A DNA stretch of 64,000 nucleotides from assembly GCA_964016885.1 (NCBI GenBank), contig OZ024742.1, positions 166,284,001-166,348,000 on the forward strand, written 5' to 3'. Source of the stretch: Eledone cirrhosa (taxonomy: Eukaryota). Positions 24,301-38,000 of the stretch are shown in pieces (position 1 is the first letter of the stretch; each line of letters begins with the position of its first letter). The notes below the pieces were generated by a model. That model ran no database searches. It was not told the DNA's origin and was given only the letters and a program-made list of their open reading frames with translations. The position numbers were made by a program, and so were the translations under genes.

Positions 24301-26464
24301 TAATTTGTAAAAAAAATCAGGGGGAGATAATTTGTAAAAAAAAATCAGGGGGAGATAATTTGTAAAAAAAAATCAGGGGGAGATAATTTGCAAAAAAAAA
24401 TCAGGGGGAGATAATTTGTAAAAACAAATCAAGGGGAGATAATTTCCAGCCGTCCAAGGGGAGATAATTTTCAGCCGTCCAAGGAGAGGTAATTTCTAGC
24501 CGTCCAAGGGGAGATAATTTCCAGCCGTCCAAGGGGAGATAATTTCCCGCCAGCCAAGGGAAGATAATATTTAAAAAATCAGGCGGAGATAATTTGTAAA
24601 AAAAATCAGGGGGAGATAATTTGTAAAAAAATCAGGGGGAGATAATTTGTAAAAAAAAAATCAGGGGGAGATAATTTGTAAAAAAAATCAGGGGGAGATG
24701 ATTTGTAAAAAAAATCAGGGGTAGATAATTTGTAAAAAAAAATCAGGCGGAGATAATTTGTAAAAAAAAATCAGGGGGAGATAATTTGTAAAAAAAATCA
24801 AGAGGAGATAATTTCCAGCCGTCCAAGGGGAGATAATTTTCAGCCGTCCAAGGGGAGATAATTTCCAGCCGTCCAAGGGGAGATAATTTCCATCCTTCCA
24901 AGGGGAGATAATTTCCAGCCGTCCAAGGGGAGATAATTTCCCGCCAACCAAGGGAAGATAATTTTTAAAAAAATCAGGCGGAGATTGTAAAAAAAATCAG
25001 GGGGAGATAATTTGTAAAAAAATCAGGGGGAGATAATTTGTAAAAAAAAAATCAGGGGGAGATAATTTGTAAAAAAAATCAGGGGGAGATAATTTGTAAA
25101 AAAAAATCAAGGGGAGATAATTTGTACAAAAAATCAGGGGTATATAATTTGTAAAAAAAAATCAGGGGGAGATAATTTGTAAAAAAAATTCAGGGGGAGA
25201 TAATTTGTAAAAAAAATCAAGGGGAGATAATTTGCAGCCGTCCAAGGGGAGATAATTTTCAGCCGTCCAAGGAGAGGTAATTTCTAGCCGTCCAAGGTGA
25301 GATAATATCCAGCCGTCCAAGGGGAGATAATTTCCAGCCGTCCAAGGGGAGATAATTTAAAAAAAAAAACAGGCGAAGATAATTTGTAAAAAAAAAATCA
25401 GGGGGAGATAATTTGTAAAAAAAAATCAGGGGGAGATAATTTGTAAAAAAAATCAGGGGGAGGTAATTTGTAAAAAATATCAAGGGGAGATAATTTCCAG
25501 CCGTCCAAGGGAAGATAATTTCCAGCCCTCCAAGGGGCTATAATTTCCAGCGTCCAAGGGGAGATAATTTCCAGCCAGCGAAGGGGAGATAATTTTTTTT
25601 TTTTTAAATCAGGGGGACATAATTTGTAAAAAAAAATCAGGGGGAGATAATTTGTAAAAAAAATCAAGGGGAGATAATTTGTAAAAAAAAATCAGGGGGA
25701 GATAATTTGTAAAAAAAAATCAGGGGGAGATAATTTGTAAAAAAAATTAAGGGGAGATAATTTGTAAAAAAAAATCAAGGGGAGATAATTTCCAGCCGTC
25801 CAAGGAGAGGTAATTTCTAGACGTCCAAGGGGAGATAATTTCCAGCCGTCCAAGGGGAGATAATTTCCAGCCGTCCAAGGGTAGATAATATCCAGCCGTC
25901 CAAGGAGACATATTTTCCAGCTTTCCAAGGAGAGGTAATTTCTAGCCGTCCAAGGGGAGATAAATTCCAGCCTCCAAGGGGAGATAATTTCCAGCCAGCC
26001 AAGGGGAGATAATTTGTAAAAAAAATCAGGGGGAGATAATTTGTAAAAAAAATCAGGGGGAGATAATTTGTAAAAAAAATCAGGGGGAGATAATTTCCAG
26101 CCGTCCAAGGGGAGATAATTTTCAGCCGTCCAAGGGGAGATAATTTCCCGCCAGCCAAGGGAAGATAATATTTAAAAAATGAGGCGGAGATAATTTGTAA
26201 AATAAATCAGGGGGAGATAATTTGTAAAAAAATCAGGGGGAGATAATTTGTAAAAAAAAAATCAGGGGGAGATAATTTGTAAAAAAAATCAGGGGGAGAT
26301 AATTTGTAAAAAAAAATCAGGGGTAGATAATTTTTAAAAAAAAATCAGGGGGAGATAATTTGTAAAAAAAATCAGGGGGAGATAATTTATAAAAAAAATC
26401 AAGGGGAGATAATTTCCAGCCGTCCAAGGGAAGATAATTTCAAGCCCTCCAAGGGGCTATAATT

Positions 26465-29400
26465 TCCAGTGTCCAAGGGGAGATAATTTCCAGCCAGCGA
26501 AGGGGAGATAATTTTTTTTTAAAAATCAGGGGGAGATTTGTAAAAAAAATCAGGGGGAGATAATTTGTAAAAAAAATCAAAGGGAGATAATTTCCAGCCG
26601 TCCAAAGAGATAATTTCTAGCCGTCCAAGGGGAGATAATTTCGAGCCAAGGGGAGATAATTTCCAGCCGTCCAAGGGGAGATAATTTTTAAAAAAATCAG
26701 GTGGAGATAATTTGTAAAAAAAATCAGGGGGAGATAATTTGTAAAAACAAAATCAAGGGCAGATAATTTCCAGCTGTCCAAGGGGAGATAATTTCCAGCC
26801 GTGCAAGGGGAGATAATTTCCAGCCGTCCAAGGGGAGATAATTTCCATCCTTCCAAGGGGAGATAATTTCCAGCCGTCCAAGGGGAGATAATTTCCCGCC
26901 AGCCAAGGGAAGATAATTTTTTAAAAAATCAGGCGGAGATTGTAAAAAAAATCAGGGGGAGATAATTTGTAAAAAAATCAGGGGGAGATAATTTGTAAAA
27001 AAATCAAGGGGAGATAATTTCCAGCTGTCCAAGGGGAGGTAATATCTAGCCGTCCAAGGGGAGATAATTTCCAGCCGTCCAAGGGGAGATAATTTCCAGC
27101 CGTCCAAGGGTAGATAATATCCAGCCGTCCAAGGAGACATATTTTCCAGCCGTCCAAGGAGAGGTAATTTCTAGCCGTCCAAGTGGAGATAAATTCCAGC
27201 CTCCAAGGGGAGATAATTTCCAGCCAGCCAAGGGGAGATAATTTGTAAAAAAATCAGGGGGAGATAATTTGTAAAAAAAATCAGGGGGAGATAATTTGTA
27301 AAAAAAAATCAGGGGGAGATAATTTGTAAAAAAAATCAGGGGGAGATAATTTGTAAAAAAAATCAAGGGGAGATAATTTCCAGCCGTCCAAGGGGAGATA
27401 ATTTTCAGCCGTCCAAGGGGAGATAATTTCCCGCCAGCCAAGGGAAGATAATATTTAAAAAATGAGGCGGAGATAACTTGTAAAAAAAAATCAGGGGTAG
27501 ATAATTTGTAAAAAAAATCAGGGGGAGATAATTTGTAAAAAAAATCAAGGGGAGATAATTTCCAGCCGTCCAAGGAGAGATAATTTTTAAAAAAAATCAG
27601 GCGGAGATAATTTGTAAAAAAAAAATCAGGGGGAGATAATTTGTAAAAAAAAATCAGGGGGAGATAATTTGTAAAAAAAATCAAGGGGAGATAATTTCCA
27701 GCCGTCCAAGGGGAGATAATTTTCAGCCGTCCAAGGGGAGATAATTTCCAGCCGTCCAAGGGGAGATAATTTAAAAAAAAAATCAGGCGGAGATAATTTG
27801 TAAAAAAAATCAAGGGGAGATAATTTGCAACCGTCCAAGGGGACATAATTTTCAGTCGTCCAAGGAGAGGTAATTTCTAGCCGTACAAGGGGAGATAATT
27901 TCCAGCCGTCCAAGGGGAGATAATTTCCAGCCGTCCAAGGGGAGATAATTTTTTTTTAAAAATCAGGCGGAGATAATTTGTAAAAAAAAATCAGGGGGAG
28001 ATAATTTGTAAAAAAAAATCAGGGGGAGATAATTTGTAAAAAAAAATCAGGGGGAGATAATTTGTAAAAAAAATCAAGGGGAGATAATTTCCAGCCGTCC
28101 AAGGGAAGATAATTTCCAGCCCTCCAAGGGGCTATAATTTCCAGCGTCCAAGGGGAGATAATTTCCAGCCAGCGAAGGGGAGATAATTGTTTTAAAAAAA
28201 TCATTGGGAGATTTGTAAAAAAAATCAGGGGGAGATAATTAATAAAAAAAATCAAGGGGAGATAATTTCCAGCCGTCCAAGGGGAGGTAATATCTAGCCG
28301 TCCAAGGGGAGATAATTTCCAGCCGTCCAAGGGGAGATAATTTCCAGCCGTCCAAGGGTAGATAATATCCAGCCGTCCAAGGAGACATATTTTCCAGCCG
28401 TCCAAGGAGAGGTAATTTCTAGCCGTCCAAGGGGAGATAAATTCCAGCCTCCAAGGGGAGATAATTTCCAGCCAGCCAAGGGGAGATAATTTGTAAAAAA
28501 ATCAGGGGGAGATAATTTGTAAAAAAAATCAGGGGTAGATAATTTGTAAAAAAAAATCAGGGGGAGATAATTTGTAAAAAAAAATCAGGGGGAGATAATT
28601 TGTAAAAAAAATCAAGGGGAGATAATTTCCAGCCGTCCAAGGAGAGAAAATTTAAAAAAAAAATCAGGCGGAGATAATTTGTAAAAAAAAATCAGGGGGA
28701 GATAATTTGTAAAAAAAAATCAGGGGAAGATAATTTGTAAAAAAAATCAAGGGGAGATAATTTCCAGCCGTCCAAGGGGAGATAATTTCCAGCCGTCCAA
28801 GGGGAGATAATTTTTTAAAAAAAATCAGGCGGAGATAATTTGTAAAAAAAATCAGGGGGAGATAATTTGTAAAAAAAAATCAGGGGGAGATAATTTGTAA
28901 AAAAAAATCAGGGGGAGATAATTTCCAGCCGTCCAAGGTAAGATAATTTCCAGCCCTCCAAGGGGCTATAATTTCCAGCCGTCCAAGGGTAGATAATATC
29001 CAGCCGTCCAAGTAGACATATTTTCCAGCCGTTCAAGGAGAGGTAATTTCTAGCCGTCCAAGGGGAGATAAATTCCAGCCTCCAAGGGGAGATAATTTCC
29101 AGCCAGCCAAGGGGAGATAATTTGTAAAAAAATCAGGGGGAGATAATTTGTAAAAAAAATCAGGGGGAGATAATTTGTAAAAAAAAATCAGGGGGAGATA
29201 ATTTGTAAAAAAAAATCAGGGGGAGATAATTTGTAAAAAAAAATCAGGGGGAGATAATTTGTAAAAAAATCAAGGGGAGATAATTTCCAGCCGTCCAAGG
29301 GGAGATAATTTTCAGCCGTCCAAGGGGAGATAATTTCCAGCCGTCCAAGGGGAGATAATTTCCATCCTTCCAAGGGGAGATAATTTCCAGCCGTCCAAGG

Positions 29401-32400
29401 GGAGATAATTTTCAGCCGTCCAAGGGGAGATAATTTCCCGCCAGACAAGGGAAGATAATATTTTAAAAAATCAGGCGGAGATAATTTGTAAAAAAAATCA
29501 GGGGGAGATAATTTGTAAAAAAATCAGGGGGAGATAATTTGTAAAAAAAAAATCAGGGGGAGATAATTTGTAAAAAAAATCAGGGGGAGATAATTTGTAA
29601 AAAAAAATCAGGGGTAGATAATTTGTAAAAAAAAATCAGGGGGAGATAATTTGTAAAAAAAAATCAGGGGGAGATAATTTGTAAAAAAAATCAGGGGGAG
29701 ATAATTTGTAAAAAAAAATCAGGGGGAGATAATTTCCGGCCGTCCAAGGGGAGATAATTTTCAGCCGTCCAAGGGGAGATAATTTCCCGCCAGCCAAGGC
29801 AAGATAATATTTAAAAAAATCAGGCGGAGATAATTTGTAAAAAAAATCAGGGGGAGATAATTTGTAAAAAAATCAGGGGGAGATAATTTGTAAAAAAAAT
29901 CAAGGGGAGATAATTTCCAGCCGTCCAAGGGGAGGTAATATCTAGCCGTCCAAGGGGAGATAATTTCCAGCCGTCCAAGTGGAGATAATTTCCAGCCGTC
30001 CAAGGGTAGATAATATCCAGCCGTCCAAGGAGACATATTTTCCAGCCGTCCAAGGAGAGGTAATTTCTAGCCGTCCAAGGGGAGATAAATTCCAGCCTCC
30101 AAGGGGAGATAATTTCCAGCCAGCCAAGGGGAGATAATTTGTAAAAAAAATCAGGGGGAGATAATTTGTAAAAAAAATCAGGGGGAGATAATTTGTAAAA
30201 AAATCAGGGGGAGATAATTTGTAAAAAAAAAATCAGGGGGAGATAATTTGTAAAAAAAATCAGGGGGAGATGATTTGTAAAAAAAAATCAGGGGTAGATA
30301 ATTTGTAAAAAAAAATCAGGGGGTGATAATTTGTAAAAAAAAATCAGGGGGAGATAATTTGTAAAAAAAATCAAGGGGAGATAATTTCCAGCCGTCGAAG
30401 GGAAGATAATTTCCAGCCCTCCAAGGGGCTATAATTTCCAGCGTCCAAGGGGAGATAATTTCCAGCCGTCCAAGGGGAGATAATTTCCAGCCGTCCAAGG
30501 GTAGATAATATCCAGCCGTCCAAGTAGACATTTTCCAGCCGTCCAAGGAGAGGTAATTTCTAGCCGTCCAAGGGGAGATAAATTCCAGCCTCCAAGGGGA
30601 GATAATTTCCAGCCAGCCAAGGGGAGATAATTTGTAAAAAAATCAGGGGGAGATAATTTGTAAAAAAAATCAGGGGGAGATAATTTGTAAAAAAAAATCA
30701 GGGGGAGATAATTTGTAAAAACAATCAGGGGGAGATAATTTGTAAAAAAAATCAGGGGGAGATAATTTGTAAAAAAAATCAAGGGGAGATAATTTCCAGC
30801 CGTCCAAGGGGAGATAATTTTCAGCCGTCCAAGGGGAGATAATTTCCAGCCGTCCAAGGGGAGATAATTTCCATCCTTCCAAGGGGAGATAATTTCCAGC
30901 CGTCCAAGGGGAGATAATTTTCAGCCGTCCAAGGGGAGATAATTTCCCGCCAGCCAAGGGAAGATAATATTTTAAAAAATCAGGCGGAGATAATTTGTAA
31001 AAAAAATCAGGGGGAGATAATTTGTAAAAAAATCAGGGGGAGATAATTTGTAAAAAAAAAATCAGGGGGAGATAATTTGTAAAAAAAATCAGGGGGAGAT
31101 AATTTGTAAAAAAAAATCAGGGGTAGATAATTTGTAAAAAAAAATCAGGGGGAGATAATTTGTAAAAAAAAAATCAGGGGGAGATAATTTGTAAAAAAAA
31201 TCAAGGGGAGATAATTTCCAGCCGTCCAAGGAGAGATAATTTTTAAAAAAAATCAGGCGGAGATAATTTGTAAAAAAAAATCAAGGGGAGATAATTTGTA
31301 AAAAAAAATCAAGGGGAGATAATTTGTAAAAAAAATCAAGGGGAGATAATTTCCAGCCGTCCAAGGGAAGATAATTTCCAGCACTCCAAGGGGCTATAAT
31401 TTCCAGTGTCCAAGGGGAGATAATTTCCAGCCAGCGAAGGGGAGATAATTTTTTTAAAAAAATCAGGGGGAGATATGTAAAAAAAATCAGAGGGAGATAA
31501 TTTCTAAAAAAAATCAAAGGGAGATAATTTCCAGCCGTCCAAAGAGAGATAATTTCTAGCCGTCCAAGGGGAGATAATTTCCAGCCAAGGGGAGATAATT
31601 TCCAGCCGTCCAAGGGGAGATAATTATTTAAAAAATCAGGTGGAGATAATTTGTAAAAAAAATCAGGGGGAGATAATTTGTAAAAACAAAATCAAGGGCA
31701 GATAATTTCCAGCTGTCCAAGGGGAGATAATTTCCAGCCGTGCAAGGGGAGATAATTTCCAGCCGTCCAAGGGGAGATAATTTCCATCCTTCCAAGGGGA
31801 GATAATGTCCAGCCGTCCAAGGGGAGATAATTTCCCGCCAGCCAAGGGAAGATAATTTTTAAAAAAATCAGGCGGAGATTGTAAAAAAAATCAGGGGGAG
31901 ATAATTTGTAAAAAAAAAATCAGGGGGAGATAATTTGTAAAAAAAATCAGGGGTAGATAATTTGTAAAAAAAAATCAGGGGGAGATAATTTGTAAAAAAA
32001 AATCAGGGGGAGATAATTTCTAAAGAAATCAAGGGGAGATAATATGCAGCCGTCCAATGGGAGATAATTTTCAGCCGTCCAAGGAGAGGTAATTTCTAGC
32101 CGTCCAAGGGGAGATAATTTCCAGCCGTCCAAGGGGAGATAATTTCCAGCCGTCCAAGGGGAGGTAATATCTAGCCGTCCAAGGGGAGATAATTTCCAGC
32201 CGTCCAAGGGGAGATAATTTCCAGCCGTCCAAGGGTAGATAATATCCAGCCGTCCAAGTAGACATATTTTCCAGCCGTCCAAGGAGAGGTAATTTCTAGC
32301 CGTCCAAGGGGAGATAAATTCCAGCCTCCAAGGGGAGATAATTTCCAGCCAGCCAAGGGGAGATAATTTGTAAAAAAAATCAGGGGGAGATAATTTGTAA

Positions 32401-32817
32401 AAAAAATCAGGGGGAGATAATTTGTAAAAAAAATCAGGGGGAGATAATTTCCAGCCGTCCAAGGGGAGATAATTTTCAGCCGTCCAAGGGGAGATAATTT
32501 CCCGCCAGCCAAGGGAAGATAATATTTAAAAAATGAGGCGGAGATAATTTGTAAAATAAATCAGGGGGAGATAATTTGTAAAAAAATCAGGGGGAGATAA
32601 TTTGTAAAAAAAAAATCAGGGGGAGATAATTTGTAAAAAAAATCAGGGGGAGATAATTTGTAAAAAAAATCAGGGGTAGATAATTTTTAAAAAAAAATCA
32701 GGGGGAGATAATTTGTAAAAAAAATCAGGGGGAGATAATTTATAAAAAAAATCAAGGGGAGATAATTTCCAGCCGTCCAAGGGAAGATAATTTCAAGCCC
32801 TCCAAGGGGCTATAATT
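26465..32817 (+). repeat. ~6.1-6.35 kb recurrence unit marked by the TTTCGAGCCAA / AGGTGG / AAAACAAAATCAAGGGCAG module
   Basis: Landmarks 260 to 6356 (6096 bp), 26724 to 33077 (6353) and 55078 to 61432 (6354). A shortened 2591-bp version runs 52487 to 55078. Confidence 0.75.
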
Positions 32818-35099
32818 TCCAGTGTCCAAGGGGAGATAATTTCCAGCCAGCGAAGGGGAGATAATTTTTTTTTAAAAATCAGGGGGAGATTTGTAAAAAA
32901 AATCATGGGGAGATAATTTGTAAAAAAAATCAAAGGGAGATAATTTCCAGCCGTCCAAAGAGATAATTTCTAGCCGTCCAAGGGGAGATAATTTCGAGCC
33001 AAGGGGAGATAATTTCCAGCCGTCCAAGGGGAGATAATTTTTTAAAAAATCAGGTGGAGATAATTTGTAAAAAAAATCAGGGGGAGATAATTTGTAAAAA
33101 CAAAATCAAGGGCAGATAATTTCCAGCTGTCCAAGGGGAGATAATTTCCAGCCGTGCAAGGGGAGATAATTTCCAGCCGTCCAAGGGGAGATAATTTCCA
33201 TCCTTCCAAGGGGAGATAATTTCCAGCCGTCCAAGGGGAGATAATTTCCCGCCAGCCAAGGGAAGATAATTTTTTAAAAAATCAGGCGGAGATTGTAAAA
33301 AAAATCAGGGGGAGATAATTTGTAAAAAAATCAGGGGGAGATAATTTGTAAAAAAATCAAGGGGAGATAATTTCCAGCTGTCCAAGGGGAGGTAATATCT
33401 AGCCGTCCAAGGGGAGATAATTTCCAGCCGTCCAAGGGGAGATAATTTCCAGCCGTCCAAGGGTAGATAATATCCAGCCGTCCAAGGAGACATATTTTCC
33501 AGCCGTCCAAGGAGAGGTAATTTCTAGCCGTCCAAGTGGAGATAAATTCCAGCCTCCAAGGGGAGATAATTTCCAGCCAGCCAAGGGGAGATAATTTGTA
33601 AAAAAATCAGGGGGAGATAATTTGTAAAAAAAATCAGGGGGAGATAATTTGTAAAAAAAAATCAGGGGGAGATAATTTGTAAAAAAAATCAGGGGGAGAT
33701 AATTTGTAAAAAAAATCAAGGGGAGATAATTTCCAGCCGTCCAAGGGGAGATAATTTTCAGCCGTCCAAGGGGAGATAATTTCCCGCCAGCCAAGGGAAG
33801 ATAATATTTAAAAAATGAGGCGGAGATAATTTGTAAAAAAATCAAGGGGAGATAATTTCCAGCTGTCCAAGGGGAGGTAATATCTAGCCGTCCAAGGGGA
33901 GATAATTTCCAGCCGTCCAAGGGGAGATAATTTCCAGCCGTCCAAGGGTAGATAATATCCAGCCGTCCAAGGAGACATATTTTCCAGCCGTCCAAGGAGA
34001 GGTAATTTCTAGCCGTCCAAGGGGAGATAATTTCCAGCCGTCCAAGGGGAGATAATTTAAAAAAAAATCAGGCGGAGATAATTTGTAAAAAAAATCAAGG
34101 GGAGATAATTTGCAACCGTCCAAGGGGACATAATTTTCAGTCGTCCAAGGAGAGGTAATTTCTAGCCGTACAAGGGGAGATAATTTCCAGCCGTCCAAGG
34201 GGAGATAATTTCCAGCCGTCCAAGGGGAGATAATTTTTTTTTAAAAATCAGGCGGAGATAATTTGTAAAAAAAAAATCAGGGGGAGATAATTTGTAAAAA
34301 AAAATCAGGGGGAGATAATTTGTAAAAAAAAATCAGGGGGAGATAATTTGTAAAAAAAATCAAGGGGAGATAATTTCCAGCCGTCCAAGGGAAGATAATT
34401 TCCAGCCCTCCAAGGGGCTATGATTTCCAGCGTCCAAGGGGAGATAATTTCCAGCCAGCGAAGGGGAGATAATTGTTTTAAAAAAATCATTGGGAGATTT
34501 GTAAAAAAAATCAGGGGGAGATAATTAATAAAAAAAATCAAGGGGAGATAATTTCCAGCCGTCCAAGGGGAGGTAATATCTAGCCGTCCAAGGGGAGATA
34601 ATTTCCAGCCGTCCAAGGGGAGATAATTTCCAGCCGTCCAAGGGTAGATAATATCCAGCCGTCCAAGGAGACATATTTTCCCGCCGTCCAAGGAAAGGTA
34701 ATTTCTAGCCGTCCAAGGGGAGATAAATTCCAGCCTCCAAGGGGAGATAATTTCCAGCCAGCCAAGGGGAGATAATTTGTAAAAAAATCAGGGGGAGATA
34801 ATTTGTAAAAAAAATCAGGGGTAGATAATTTGTAAAAAAAAATCAGGGGGAGATAATTTGTAAAAAAAAATCAGGGGGAGATAATTTGTAAAAAAAATCA
34901 AGGGGAGATAATTTCCAGCCGTCCAAGGAGAGATAATTTAAAAAAAAAATCAGGCGGAGATAATTTGTAAAAAAAAATCAGGGGGAGATAATTTGGAAAA
35001 AAAAATCAGGGGGAGATAATTTGTAAAAAAAATCAAGGGGAGATAATTTCCAGCCGTCCAAGGGGAGATAATTTCCAGCCGTCCAAGGGGAGATAATTT

Positions 35100-38000
35100 T
35101 TTAAAAAAAATCAGGCGGAGATAATTTGTAAAAAAAATCAGGGGGAGATAATTTGTAAAAAAAAATCAGGGGGAGATAATTTGTAAAAAAAAATCAGGGG
35201 GAGATAATTTCCAGCCGTCCAAGGTAAGATAATTTCCAGCCCTCCAAGGGGCTATAATTTCCAGCCGTCCAAGGGTAGATAATATCCAGCCGTCCAAGTA
35301 GACATATTTTCCAGCCGTTCAAGGAGAGGTAATTTCTAGCCGTCCAAGGGGAGATAAATTCCAGCCTCCAAGGGGAGATAATTTCCAGCCAGCCAAGGGG
35401 AGATAATTTGTAAAAAAATCAGGGGGAGATAATTTGTAAAAAAAATCAGGGGGAGATAATTTGTAAAAAAAAATCAGGGGGAGATAATTTGTAAAAAAAA
35501 ATCAGGGGGAGATAATTTGTAAAAAAAAATCAGGGGGAGATAATTTGTAAAAAAAATCAAGGGGAGATAATTTCCAGCCGTCCAAGGGGAGATAATTTTC
35601 AGCCGTCCAAGGGGAGATAATTTCCAGCCGTCCAAGGGGAGATAATTTCCATCCTTCCAAGGGGAGATAATTTCCAGCCGTCCAAGGGGAGATAATTTTC
35701 AGCCGTCCAAGGGGAGATAATTTCCCGCCAGCCAAGGGAAGATAATATTTTAAAAAATCAGGCGGAGATAATTTGTAAAAAAAATCAGGGGGAGATAATT
35801 TGTAAAAAAATCAGGGGGAGATAATTTGTAAAAAAAAAATCAGGGGGAGATAATTTGTAAAAAAAATCAGGGGGAGATAATTTGTAAAAAAAAATCAGGG
35901 GTAGATAATTTGTAAAAAAAAATCAGGGGGAGATAATTTGTAAAAAAAAATCAGGGGGAGATAATTTGTAAAAAAAATCAGGGGGAGATAATTTGTAAAA
36001 AAAAATCAGGGGGAGATAATTTCCGGCCGTCCAAGGGGAGATAATTTTCAGCCGTCCAAGGGGAGATAATTTCCCGCCAGCCAAGGGAAGATAATATTTA
36101 AAAAAATCAGGCGGAGATAATTTGTAAAAAAAATCAGAGGGAGATAATTTGTAAAAAAATCAGGGGGAGATAATTTGTAAAAAAAATCAAGGGGAGATAA
36201 TTTCCAGCCGTCCAAGGGGAGGTAATATCTAGCCGTCCAAGGGGAGATAATTTCCAGCCGTCCAAGTGGAGATAATTTCCAGCCGTCCAAGGGTAGATAA
36301 TATCCAGCCGTCCAAGGAGACATATTTTCCAGCCGTCCAAGGAGAGGTAATTTCTAGCCGTCCAAGGGGAGATAAATTCCAGCCTCCAAGGGGAGATAAT
36401 TTCCAGCCAGCCAAGGGGAGATAATTTGTAAAAAAAATCAGGGGGAGATAATTTGTAAAAAAAATCAGGGGGAGATAATTTTTAAAAAAATCAGGGGGAG
36501 ATAATTTGTAAAAAAAAATCAGGGGGTGATAATTTGTAAAAAAAAATCAGGGGGAGATAATTTGTAAAAAAAATCAAGGGGAGATAATTTCCAGCCGTCG
36601 AAGGGAAGATAATTTCCAGCCCTCCAAGGGGCTATAATTTCCAGCGTCCAAGGGGAGATAATTTCCAGCCGTCCAAGGGGAGATAATTTCCAGCCGTCCA
36701 AGGGTAGATAATATCCAGCCGTCCAAGTAGACATTTTCCAGCCGTCCAAGGAGAGGTAATTTCTAGCCGTCCAAGGGGAGATAAATTCCAGCCTCCAAGG
36801 GGAGATAATTTCCAGCCAGCCAAGGGGAGATAATTTGTAAAAAAATCAGGGGGAGATAATTTGTAAAAAAAATCAGGGGGAGATAATTTGTAAAAAAAAA
36901 TCAGGGGGAGATAATTTGTAAAAACAATCAGGGGGAGATAATTTGTAAAAAAAATCAGGGGGAGATAATTTGTAAAAAAAATCAAGGGGAGATAATTTCC
37001 AGCCGTCCAAGGGGAGATAATTTTCAGCCGTCCAAGGGGAGATAATTTCCAGCCGTCCAAGGGGAGATAATTTCCATCCTTCCAAGGGGAGATAATTTCC
37101 AGCCGTCCAAGGGGAGATAATTTTCAGCCGTCCAAGGGGAGATAATTTCCCGCCAGCCAAGGGAAGATAATATTTTAAAAAATCAGGCGGAGATAATTTG
37201 TAAAAAAAATCAGGGGGAGATAATTTGTAAAAAAATCAGGGGGAGATAATTTGTAAAAAAAAAATCAGGGGGAGATAATTTGTAAAAAAAATCAGGGGGA
37301 GATAATTTGTAAAAAAAAATCAGGGGTAGATAATTTGTAAAAAAAAATCAGGGGGAGATAATTTGTAAAAAAAAAATCAGGGGGAGATAATTTGTAAAAA
37401 AAATCAAGGGGAGATAATTTCCAGCCGTCCAAGGAGAGATAATTTTTAAAAAAAATCAGGCGGAGATAATTTGTAAAAAAAAATCAAGGGGAGATAATTT
37501 GTAAAAAAAAATCAAGGGGAGATAATTTGTAAAAAAAATCAAGGGGAGATAATTTCCAGCCGTCCAAGGGAAGATAATTTCCAGCACTCCAAGGGGCTAT
37601 AATTTCCAGTGTCCAAGGGGAGATAATTTCCAGCCAGCGAAGGGGAGATAATTTTTTTAAAAAAATCAGGGGGAGATATGTAAAAAAAATCAGAGGGAGA
37701 TAATTTCTAAAAAAAATCAAAGGGAGATAATTTCCAGCCGTCCAAAGAGAGATAATTTCTAGCCGTCCAAGGGGAGATAATTTCCAGCCAAGGGGAGATA
37801 ATTTCCAGCCGTCCAAGGGGAGATAATTATTTAAAAAATCAGGTGGAGATAATTTGTAAAAAAAATCAGGGGGAGATAATTTGTAAAAACAAAATCAAGG
37901 GCAGATAATTTCCAGCTGTCCAAGGGGAGATAATTTCCAGCCGTGCAAGGGGAGATAATTTCCAGCCGTCCAAGGGGAGATAATTTCCATCCTTCCAAGG

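Larger units (their letters stand above)
1..26464 (+). repeat. Super-repeat copy 1 (~26.5 kb, phase set by the window start)
   Basis: Positions 1-~3450 match at offset +26463/4. Positions ~6620-27950 match at offsets stepping 27206, 27122, 27093, 25843, 25814, 25791, 25763. The segment ~3450-6620 is not collinear with copy 2. Confidence 0.85.
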
